This document shows, piece by piece, positions 56,696 through 64,000 of a stretch of 64,000 bases of DNA; within the stretch, counting starts at the first letter, position 1; each line of letters begins with the position of its first letter. The notes beneath the pieces were generated by a model that was given only the letters and a program-made list of their open reading frames with translations, did not search any database and had not been told where the DNA came from. The translations under genes were made by a program, and so were the position numbers. Source of the DNA: Candidatus Hadarchaeota archaeon. GTDB lineage: Archaea; Hadarchaeota; Hadarchaeia; Hadarchaeales; JAGGTB01. The stretch covers positions 37,207 through 101,206 of the forward strand of contig CAZEBR010000001.1 of the NCBI GenBank assembly GCA_964510375.1, given 5' to 3'.

Positions 56696-57178
56696 ATGAA
56701 GGAACTTGATAAGAAGATAATTTATCAACTTTTGAAGAATGCGGATCAACCTATAGTGGAGATCGCAGAGAAGGTAGGAGCATCCAGACAGACTGTTTCG
56801 AAGAAGATTAACAAGTTCAAGGATGACGGCGTGATAAAAGGAATCACCGCCAAACTCGACCCTGAAAAGTTCGGTTTGTCCGTCAGGGCTTACGTTTTTC
56901 TTCAGGAGGAACCCGAGGATGAAATTAGAAAGGAGAACGAGGATAAAATCAACGAATTTCCTCAGGTTTCGAAATTCTTCCGGCTTTTTGGAAGATACAG
57001 TGGAGTGCTGGAGGTCTGGAGCGAAGATAGGGACGAATTGACTTCTTTAGTAAAAGAAATTCACGAGCTGGATGGGGTAAAGGAGACGGAAACTTTCCTT
57101 ATCCATAGTACGGTTAAAGAGGAACCGGAAGTACCGTTTTTTAATGAGTTGGAGATTGGTCAGGAATCAAATCTTTAA
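56696..57178 (+). CDS. Lrp/AsnC family transcriptional regulator (second copy)
   Basis: HTH KKIIYQLLKNADQPIVEIAEKVGASRQTVSKKINKFKDDGVI; TTTATAA TATA-like box at 56663-56669 lies inside the longer ORF-track call (56654), so start is probably ATG 56696 on a leaderless transcript. Confidence 0.7.
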   Translation: MKELDKKIIYQLLKNADQPIVEIAEKVGASRQTVSKKINKFKDDGVIKGITAKLDPEKFGLSVRAYVFLQEEPEDEIRKENEDKINEFPQVSKFFRLFGRYSGVLEVWSEDRDELTSLVKEIHELDGVKETETFLIHSTVKEEPEVPFFNELEIGQESNL

Positions 57179-58769
57179 CCATGTAGGGGCCTTCCAACCT
57201 GTAATCGAACTTTCTATAATACGGTCTGGTTCCGACACCGGATAGTATGGATATTTTTTTACAGTCGTATTTCTCTCGGGCGATTTTTTCTCCTTCCTCA
57301 AGCATCTTCCTGCCAAGCCCCTCGTGTTGCCATCCCAGTTTTGATGAATCTCCCCCCACGGAAACAAGTTCTCCAAACACGTAGAGCATCCTAACTAGGG
57401 CAGTTTCCTCGTCTATCTCTGGTCGATGTGGATTTGGTGAGGGTATTCTCAGCCTTAGGTGACCAAATATTACGTCTTTCTCCAGGTCTTCGATGGAGAT
57501 AAAGATTTCTTTTCCTCCCGAAGCGTCGTACTCTTGAGTTAGAAGCTCTGCATTTTCCAAAGCCGGTTCTATACCCTCCTTTAACATTCGATGTCCCACT
57601 TCCCGACATCGGATGCAACTGCATTTTTCTCCCTTTTCTTCCAGCCTGTTTTGAACGATGCTTCTGAAGTTTCCCTTCCAGACTCCGGCCTCGATTAGGT
57701 CGGACGGAATGTCCCGCTGAATTCTTTGGATTCTTACCCATTTCGGCACCCTCTTTTTCATTTCGCTCACTAGTTCCACCGCTTCTTCTCCTTCCAATGG
57801 TTCGAACTCTCCTCGTTTCCAGATATCGTACAGCTCGGTATCTTCAGTTACTAGGCAGGGGTAGATTTTCAGCATGTCCGGCCTGAATCTCGAATCGTCA
57901 AAAATGGTTTCGAAAGCTTTGAGATCCCTTTCCCGATCGGAACCCGGAAGTCCAGGCATCATATGATACACTATTGCGAGTCCCGAGTCCTTCGCCTGTT
58001 GAGTTGCCTCGACGACATCCTCTACGGTATGTTCTCGCTTTACAAGGTCGTATATGTCCTGATATACGGTCTGAACTCCGATTTCTACTCTAGTACCGCC
58101 ATAATCGAGAATTTTATCTATGTGATCGCGTTTGCAGTAATCCGGTCGAGTCTCGAAAGTTATCCCGATAATCTTGGTGTCTGAAGTTTCCGCTTTTTCT
58201 TTCGCAGTCTTCAAGTCGGTGGTGTTGTTATTTGCGATCGTGTCTATACATGAGTGGACGAATTTTTTCTGATACTCTGGTGGCTGGTTTAGAAAGGTCC
58301 CCCCAAATACGATCAGTTCGACTTTGTCGACCTCGTGACCTATGGCCTCAAGCTGTGTCTTTCTGGCTTCTACCTGCTCTACGGGGTCGTAGTTTGCCTG
58401 TTTCGCCCTCGCCGATGCGGGTTCTTCCCCGGTGTAGCTTTGCGGAGTTTCCCAGTCCGGGCCGCCGGGACAGTAAATACACGGTTCGTCCTTCGGACAG
58501 GAGTGGGGCTTTGGCATTACGGTGATCACCGATACTCCTGAAATCGATCTCACGGGCTTCCTTCTCAAGAGTGGCAATACTTTTTCCTCTTCTCCTTCTT
58601 CGGCAAGTTCGAGAATCTCGGCATTGCTGGGAACTTTTGATAGGTTATGTTTCTTGCTCGTTTTTCTTTTGATTTTTTCCAATTCTTTTTTGTCCGAGAT
58701 CTTTCCGGATTTTATTTTTTCTAGTATCTCTCTCCGAGCTTTTTTGGATAAGGGACTCATTTTCATCAC
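57141..58769 (-). CDS. elp3: Elongator Elp3 homologue (radical-SAM + GNAT tRNA wobble-uridine modification enzyme)
   Basis: 542 aa; CIYCPGG radical-SAM cluster motif, central SAM domain, C-terminal acetyltransferase fold. Confidence 0.85.
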   Translation of the reverse strand: MMKMSPLSKKARREILEKIKSGKISDKKELEKIKRKTSKKHNLSKVPSNAEILELAEEGEEEKVLPLLRRKPVRSISGVSVITVMPKPHSCPKDEPCIYCPGGPDWETPQSYTGEEPASARAKQANYDPVEQVEARKTQLEAIGHEVDKVELIVFGGTFLNQPPEYQKKFVHSCIDTIANNNTTDLKTAKEKAETSDTKIIGITFETRPDYCKRDHIDKILDYGGTRVEIGVQTVYQDIYDLVKREHTVEDVVEATQQAKDSGLAIVYHMMPGLPGSDRERDLKAFETIFDDSRFRPDMLKIYPCLVTEDTELYDIWKRGEFEPLEGEEAVELVSEMKKRVPKWVRIQRIQRDIPSDLIEAGVWKGNFRSIVQNRLEEKGEKCSCIRCREVGHRMLKEGIEPALENAELLTQEYDASGGKEIFISIEDLEKDVIFGHLRLRIPSPNPHRPEIDEETALVRMLYVFGELVSVGGDSSKLGWQHEGLGRKMLEEGEKIAREKYDCKKISILSGVGTRPYYRKFDYRLEGPYMVKDLIPDQSPTH

Positions 58770-58869
58770 TCGTTTTATGACTAAAGTTTAGTTTGCAAGT
58801 TAAAGCATCTTGTTCGAATAACGGCTGATTATAAATAAAAAAGAAAGGTGAGAAATTGAGGATTGTTAG

Positions 58870-59958
58870 TTATTTATCTATCGGTTCCCACCTGTCTTCT
58901 AGTCTGTCCAGAACTTCACCTATAGTAGTGTACTCCATTTCTTCAGAGGGAAGTCTATGAGGTTCGAACGGACCGTTTCTCCGCATGTCGTCTGCCATCT
59001 GTGATGCTTTTTCTCTGGCGCGGTCGAACGCTGGATCGTCAAATAAATCCTGTGGTCCTATAAGTTTTCCATCGGAAATTTGGAATCCAGCGGCAATGAC
59101 GCGGGGCGGTCCATCAAATCTGGTTGCTTTTGCGTTGTCAAAGGACACCGGCATCAATGGTGCGTTATGGGAACCCCTCATCCACCCTCCGACTAAATGG
59201 GGATTCGAAAAGGGTTCTAAAATTTCCCCTACTGCGGGAAAACCATGCTGGGCTCTGATGATACAGACCGGATCGTCCTTCCCGACGTATTCCCCGGCTA
59301 TTTGATTCAATCGTTCCGTAGAAGACGCCGAAATTTTAGTATCGTCCTTCCAAATTCTGTTGATGCAGTATCTCCCGATCGTTCCTATAAGCGCTAGGAG
59401 GTCATAGCTTTCCTCGGGCGTCTTAAGGGTTATTTTCCTTCCCTCTTCCACGTCGTGTACCTCAAACTTGAATCCCTCGCTCATCGAGGGACTAATCACT
59501 AGACCGGGGGTATTGAAGGGATCAGCGAAGATTTTGTACAGCGGGAGATTCCACGCGCCGGGTTCGGTCTTGTCCCCCATGAGTATTACCATGGGATCCG
59601 ATTCACGTTCTTCAAATTCTATTTCTGCGCTTCCCGGTCCGGCACCTTTTACGTTTCCCGAAAAAGCATCCGCTAGTAAGTCTTGACCCGCCCCGTATAA
59701 TTTCATTTCTTTTGCTACTTCGGTGCATTCTTCGAATACATCCCAAGCTAGTTTATGTATCTCTTCCGAATCTTCGCCTTCGCGGTGGGTCATAAGGAGC
59801 TCTAGATCGTCTCCGCAATGAGTGACCCAATGATCCACGAGAAGGTCCGAGTCTTTCAACATCTGTTCCGCTTGTTCCATCAGTTTGGGGTGGGTGTTTG
59901 CGTGTCCTGGACATCCACCTACATCTGCCTTTATAATGGAAACGGTTATTTTCGACAT
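58870..59958 (-). CDS. fbp: Fructose-1,6-bisphosphate aldolase/phosphatase (class V FBPase)
   Basis: MSKITVSIIKADVGGCPGH N-terminus and overall pattern diagnostic for FBP A/P; 362 aa. Confidence 0.9.
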   Translation of the reverse strand: MSKITVSIIKADVGGCPGHANTHPKLMEQAEQMLKDSDLLVDHWVTHCGDDLELLMTHREGEDSEEIHKLAWDVFEECTEVAKEMKLYGAGQDLLADAFSGNVKGAGPGSAEIEFEERESDPMVILMGDKTEPGAWNLPLYKIFADPFNTPGLVISPSMSEGFKFEVHDVEEGRKITLKTPEESYDLLALIGTIGRYCINRIWKDDTKISASSTERLNQIAGEYVGKDDPVCIIRAQHGFPAVGEILEPFSNPHLVGGWMRGSHNAPLMPVSFDNAKATRFDGPPRVIAAGFQISDGKLIGPQDLFDDPAFDRAREKASQMADDMRRNGPFEPHRLPSEEMEYTTIGEVLDRLEDRWEPIDK

Positions 59959-60138
59959 TTTTCCATCACTTCCTATTATCTCGAATCTTTAAAAGTCTGT
60001 TTTCAGGATTTTTCTCATTTCATAGTGTCTGTTGACTATCTACGGAAGTATAATGGAGCATTCCATAAGTACTGTATCTACTCTGGAGCCATTTGAGCGA
60101 GCAAAAGATTTTTATTTAAAACTTTTTAAGCGAAAGAG

Positions 60139-61359
60139 GTGACTACAATGGGAAAAAGGCTCGTGGACTACCGGGACTTCGTTGGGGAATCAAAAATATC
60201 CAAGATATACAGGAAGGGGAGCAAGCTATCCAAGTACCATATTCTACATATAAATTCCACTTATTATGGGGGAGGGGTAGCCGAGATTCTGCGAAACATG
60301 ACCCTGCTTTTGAACGAGATAGGTGTCGATGTCGGGTGGCGAGCCGTTATTGGAAATCAAGATTTCTTTAGGGTGACCAAGGAGTTCCATAACGCATTAC
60401 AGGGTGACGACAGTATTGATCTAACTGAATTTAAAAAGAAGGTTTATGAGGAGGTCAACGAGGATTTTGCTTCTTTTACTCACGTTGACCATGACTTAGT
60501 GATCGTTCACGATCCTCAACCTCTATCGCTGATTACCTTTTATAGAAAGCATCAGCCCTGGATTTGGAGATGCCACATAGACCTTTCGCAGCCGAATGGA
60601 GGGGTTTGGGAGTATTTGAAATCTTTTGCTTTGGCTTATGATCAGACCATTTTCCATATGGACGAGTTCGCTTCGAGCGGATTTACCAACGATTACAAAA
60701 TTATCAGGCCGTCTATTGATCCTCTGACGACGAAGAATCAAGATATCGATGAAGAGACGATAGAGAAGTATCTAAGCAAGATTGGAGTGGATTCCTCCAG
60801 ACCTATAATTTCGCAAATTTCGAGATTTGACAAATGGAAGGATCCCAAGGGGGTAATAGAGGTCTATAAGAGAGTTAAAGAGGAGATGGACTGTCAACTC
60901 GTTCTGCTCGGGTCGATGGCGACCGATGATCCCGAAGGACAAGAGATATACGATGAGGTAACTAGGCTGACGGATGACCTTGACGACGTTAGAATCGTAG
61001 TCGATGCTAGGGATATAACCGTAAATGCCGTTCAAAGGGCCTCGGACGTGGTTTTGCAGAAGTCACTGAGGGAGGGATTTGCATTGACGGTTTCGGAGGC
61101 ACTGTGGAAGGAAACTCCGGTGGTGGGCTCCGATAGGGGTGGAATACCCACGCAAATCGTCGACGGGGAAAATGGTTACTTGGTAGATCCCGAAGATTAC
61201 GACGAGGTAGCTAAAAAGGTATTGGATATCCTTTCCGATGAAAATCTCCGCGAAGAGATGGGCAAAAAAGGTCGGGAGAGGGTAAGGAAGAAGTTTCTTA
61301 TTACCCGCCACATAGAGGACTGGATAGATTTGTGGTTGGACTTTCTAGGTACCAGATAA
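60139..61359 (+). CDS. treT: Trehalose glycosyltransferring synthase TreT-like GT4 glycosyltransferase
   Basis: 406 aa; blocks HINSTYYGGGVAEIL, FFRVTKEFHNALQG, VHDPQP, WRCHIDLS, PSIDPL, ISQISRFDKWKDP, DDPEG, QRASDVVLQKSLREGF, ITRH match TreT of Thermococcales as recalled. Confidence 0.75.
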   Translation: MTTMGKRLVDYRDFVGESKISKIYRKGSKLSKYHILHINSTYYGGGVAEILRNMTLLLNEIGVDVGWRAVIGNQDFFRVTKEFHNALQGDDSIDLTEFKKKVYEEVNEDFASFTHVDHDLVIVHDPQPLSLITFYRKHQPWIWRCHIDLSQPNGGVWEYLKSFALAYDQTIFHMDEFASSGFTNDYKIIRPSIDPLTTKNQDIDEETIEKYLSKIGVDSSRPIISQISRFDKWKDPKGVIEVYKRVKEEMDCQLVLLGSMATDDPEGQEIYDEVTRLTDDLDDVRIVVDARDITVNAVQRASDVVLQKSLREGFALTVSEALWKETPVVGSDRGGIPTQIVDGENGYLVDPEDYDEVAKKVLDILSDENLREEMGKKGRERVRKKFLITRHIEDWIDLWLDFLGTR

Positions 61360-61398
61360 AATTATCCATGTCACTTTTGTGATAGTGGTCGGACCAGT

Positions 61399-62211
61399 AT
61401 GAAAAAAAGAATATCCGATTTGGTAGAAAGTCAAAAGCTAATAAGTTTGGATGAAAGGCCCAATGCGATTTTTGTCGGCGATACTCACGGAGATCTTGAG
61501 GCCAGCGAGATTGTCTGGAATAGATTCGGAGAAGAAGTCAGGAACGGCCAGACCTATCTCGTCTTCTTGGGTGATTATGTGGACAGAGGTTCTAAATCGA
61601 AGAAAAATATAGATTTTCTTCTTTCTAAGAAGGAAGAGTGTCCGGAGGGTTTAATTCTGTTGCTGGGAAATCACGATGCCTACTCGAAACGGGAGTTGAG
61701 GCCAGCAGATTTCTGGCAGAGCCTTAGCAGCGATGAGTACGAGTACTATAAGGACCTATCTTCCCTCCCTTGGATGGCGACCGCCGAGGGTTTAGTTGCG
61801 ACTCACGGGTGTTTGCCGTTCATACCGGATCTAGAAGAGTTGAAAACGGCCTCTGAAGATGTTTTTGATATTAAAAACGAGTTTGATATTCCAGCTTGGG
61901 TCTCTACCGTTTGGGGAGATATAAACGAGAGAATATCTGGTGCCCAAATGGACCCACTTACGGGCCGACCCCAGTTCGGGGAAGAGGCCGTAATGGAATA
62001 CATGCACGATCATGACTGGAATGTTTTGATACGAGCTCACCAGCCGGGAATGCAGGGATGGAGTTTTTCTAGAAACGTTTTGACTATCTTCACTTCCGAG
62101 GTCTACGTTAGAATGGATCGGGCTAGAGAAAGAAGCGTCGCCTCGTTGAACCTCGAGGGGGGAGTGGAGAGTCATAACGATGTCAGGGTTATGGGGCTGA
62201 ACGAGCTTTAG
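61399..62211 (+). CDS. PPP-family serine/threonine protein phosphatase (calcineurin-like metallophosphoesterase)
   Basis: GDTHGD, GDYVDRG, GNHD, RAHQ motifs. Confidence 0.7.
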   Translation: MKKRISDLVESQKLISLDERPNAIFVGDTHGDLEASEIVWNRFGEEVRNGQTYLVFLGDYVDRGSKSKKNIDFLLSKKEECPEGLILLLGNHDAYSKRELRPADFWQSLSSDEYEYYKDLSSLPWMATAEGLVATHGCLPFIPDLEELKTASEDVFDIKNEFDIPAWVSTVWGDINERISGAQMDPLTGRPQFGEEAVMEYMHDHDWNVLIRAHQPGMQGWSFSRNVLTIFTSEVYVRMDRARERSVASLNLEGGVESHNDVRVMGLNEL

Positions 62212-62295
62212 ATAACACCTTTTTCGTTACGCCCATTTTCAGCAAAGGTTTATTGTCATTTCTATCCTTATCAATACCATGATGCGGGTGTGCTG

Positions 62296-64000
62296 ATGAA
62301 AGTCGGAAAGCTAAACGAGGATTACGGTTTACCGGAAGAAGTCATAGAGATTCTGAGGGAGGAGGGTATAGAGGAGCTGTATCCTCCTCAGGCCGAGGCC
62401 GTGAGGAAGGGGGCTTTGGATGGAAGGAACCTAGTTTTAGCGATTCCTACGGCGGCCGGCAAAACCTTGGTCGCAGAACTTTGCATGTTGAAGTCCATAT
62501 TTAGAGAGGGTGGAAAGTGCCTCTACATAGTCCCGTTGAGGGCTTTGGCCAACGAAAAGTACGAGGAGTTCAAGAATAAGTACGAGTCTATAGGTATCGA
62601 CGTGGGTATTGCCACTGGCGATTACGAGGCCTCCGGCTCCGACTTGGCTGACAAGGACATCCTGATCGCTACTTCGGAAAAGGTCGACTCCCTTCTCAGG
62701 CATAAGGCAAAGTGGCTGGCTGACCTCACAACGACCTCCGTTTTTGATGAAATACATCTGATCGATGATTCCGGCAGGGGTCCTACGCTCGAAGTGTTGG
62801 CTGCTAGGCTCAGGCAACTTAATCCCGATATGCAAGTTTTGGGTCTCAGTGCCACGATTAGCAATTCTGAAGGAATAGCCGATTGGTTGGATGCAGAACA
62901 TCTGAAGAGCGATTGGCGCCCCGTCCCTTTGAAAGAGGGAGTGTACCTTAGAGACAGAATAATTTTTGAAGATCTCACCGAGAAGGAGATCAAATCCTCC
63001 GCCAATGATGACGTTTCCAAGATAGTGGTGGATACCATCAAAAATAACGATGGTCAAGCCCTGGTTTTCGTGAGTACCAGGAAATCGACACAGGTAGCGG
63101 CTAGAAAGACTTCCAAGGAGGTCGGGCAGCTGATATCTGACGAAGAAGAAGAAAGGTTGGAGGAAGTCGCTCAGGAGGTAGAGAGCGCTTTGGGGGAGCC
63201 GACTGAGACGTGTAAAAAGCTGGCTAGATACGTACGCCGAGGTACCGCTTTTCACCATGCAGGGCTTCATCATGAACAGCGCTCTGCGGTCGAGGACGCG
63301 TTCAGGGAAGACCTGATTAAGGTCGTCTCGGCCACTCCGACTCTGGCGGCTGGGGTAAATATGCCCTCCCAGAGGTCGATTATTCGTGATTATAAACGCT
63401 ATTCTCCTCCCTACGGTATGAAACCTATTCCCGTGTTAGAGTACAAGCAGATGGCCGGGAGGGCAGGCAGACCGGGGTTCGACGATCAAGGGGAATCAGT
63501 GCTTATTTCGAGCAGTGAGTCCGAAAAGGAAGAATTGCTGGATAATTATGTGAGAGCCGAACCGGAGAGGATCGAATCCAAACTTTCTTCCGAGCCTGCA
63601 ATTAGGACGCACGTTCTGGGTTCTATAGCGGCGGGGTACGTGAACAGTCTAGACTCGATGTTGGAATTTGTAGGGCAAACCTTTTTCGCCTACCAGTATT
63701 CGACCTCAAGGGTCTCCAATACTGTCGAGAAGGTCCTTGATTTTCTGGTGGAAGAGGGCATGGTTTCCGAGGAGGGTGAATGGCTCAGCGCGACGAAATT
63801 CGGTAAAAAGATTTCGAGTCTGTACATAGATCCGCTCTCGGGGGTTACGATAAGGAATGGAATCAAAAAAGCGAAATCCCGCGAGCCATCGGAACTTGGC
63901 CTTCTCCACGTAGTATGCTCTACTCCTGACATGAATAATCTCTATCTCAGGAAGGGTGACGATGCCGATCTGGATGTTCTGGTTTCTGACTATCTGGAAG
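62296..64000 (+). CDS. hel308: Hel308/Hjm-type Ski2-like DNA helicase (5' partial; runs off window end)
   Basis: ATG 62296; Walker A IPTAAGKT, DEAH-type (FDEIH) box, SAT, QRAGRAGR motif VI; not in ORF track because no stop within window. Confidence 0.8.
   Translation, partial: MKVGKLNEDYGLPEEVIEILREEGIEELYPPQAEAVRKGALDGRNLVLAIPTAAGKTLVAELCMLKSIFREGGKCLYIVPLRALANEKYEEFKNKYESIGIDVGIATGDYEASGSDLADKDILIATSEKVDSLLRHKAKWLADLTTTSVFDEIHLIDDSGRGPTLEVLAARLRQLNPDMQVLGLSATISNSEGIADWLDAEHLKSDWRPVPLKEGVYLRDRIIFEDLTEKEIKSSANDDVSKIVVDTIKNNDGQALVFVSTRKSTQVAARKTSKEVGQLISDEEEERLEEVAQEVESALGEPTETCKKLARYVRRGTAFHHAGLHHEQRSAVEDAFREDLIKVVSATPTLAAGVNMPSQRSIIRDYKRYSPPYGMKPIPVLEYKQMAGRAGRPGFDDQGESVLISSSESEKEELLDNYVRAEPERIESKLSSEPAIRTHVLGSIAAGYVNSLDSMLEFVGQTFFAYQYSTSRVSNTVEKVLDFLVEEGMVSEEGEWLSATKFGKKISSLYIDPLSGVTIRNGIKKAKSREPSELGLLHVVCSTPDMNNLYLRKGDDADLDVLVSDYLE

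Noticed and set aside
62437-63273. 278-aa minus-strand ORF
   Set aside because: Lies entirely antisense within the Hel308 helicase CDS (62296->end), which has clear helicase motifs; spurious.
1-64000. Search for tRNA/rRNA genes, transposases/integrases and a global stop-codon reassignment
   Set aside because: No T-loop/anticodon-arm-like GC-rich cloverleaf candidates noticed in any intergenic gap. No rRNA-like conserved stretches, no transposase/integrase-like ORFs. All long CDSs terminate normally at TAA/TAG/TGA, so standard code 11 applies.

Overview
This is a 64 kb archaeal chromosomal window with dense coding on both strands, Shine-Dalgarno-type RBSs (GGAGGTGA), frequent GTG/TTG starts and a notably acidic proteome. 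The archaeal assignment rests on a histone, RFC small subunit, family-B DNA polymerase, fibrillarin/Nop5, GatDE, Elp3, FBP aldolase/phosphatase and Hel308.

The housekeeping core runs from about 31.9 to 64 kb and holds Trm5, IleRS, RFC, peroxiredoxin, SppA, PolB, MetAP, fibrillarin, Nop5, PurA, histone, Lrp, a Pat-like ACS-GNAT acetyltransferase, GatE/GatD, GTP-PEPCK, Elp3, FBP A/P, TreT, a PPP phosphatase and Hel308.

The 5' half is more accessory. It contains:
- a clear heliorhodopsin (retinal Lys and other hallmark residues conserved) next to a Rieske-FAD oxidoreductase;
- a MutS2-like ATPase;
- a conserved but uncharacterised DUF5320 / NifX-like / DUF134 / Mrp-NBP35 / DUF89 / NifX-like neighbourhood, whose DUF5320 gene is split by a single in-frame TGA;
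- a DGGGP-synthase-like UbiA prenyltransferase;
- a NurA-HerA pair with no adjacent Mre11/Rad50;
- a FecCD-type ABC uptake system whose ATPase carries an unknown C-terminal domain, preceded by a perfect 16-bp palindrome;
- a thiol-disulfide (CcdA-Trx fusion plus TlpA-like) module;
- an AT-richer island from about 22.8 to 31.8 kb, holding a RelE/RHH toxin-antitoxin pair, anchored/secreted proteins of unknown function, a 1328-aa secreted protein with two arrays of novel Cys/His-rich CNPHDCNCHEVCDTC-type repeats, a 520-bp AT-rich non-coding gap and three tandem small wHTH paralogues.

Single-domain TBP-like and TFB-cyclin-like miniproteins flank the Lrp-Pat locus. No rRNA, tRNA, CRISPR array or transposase was recognised.
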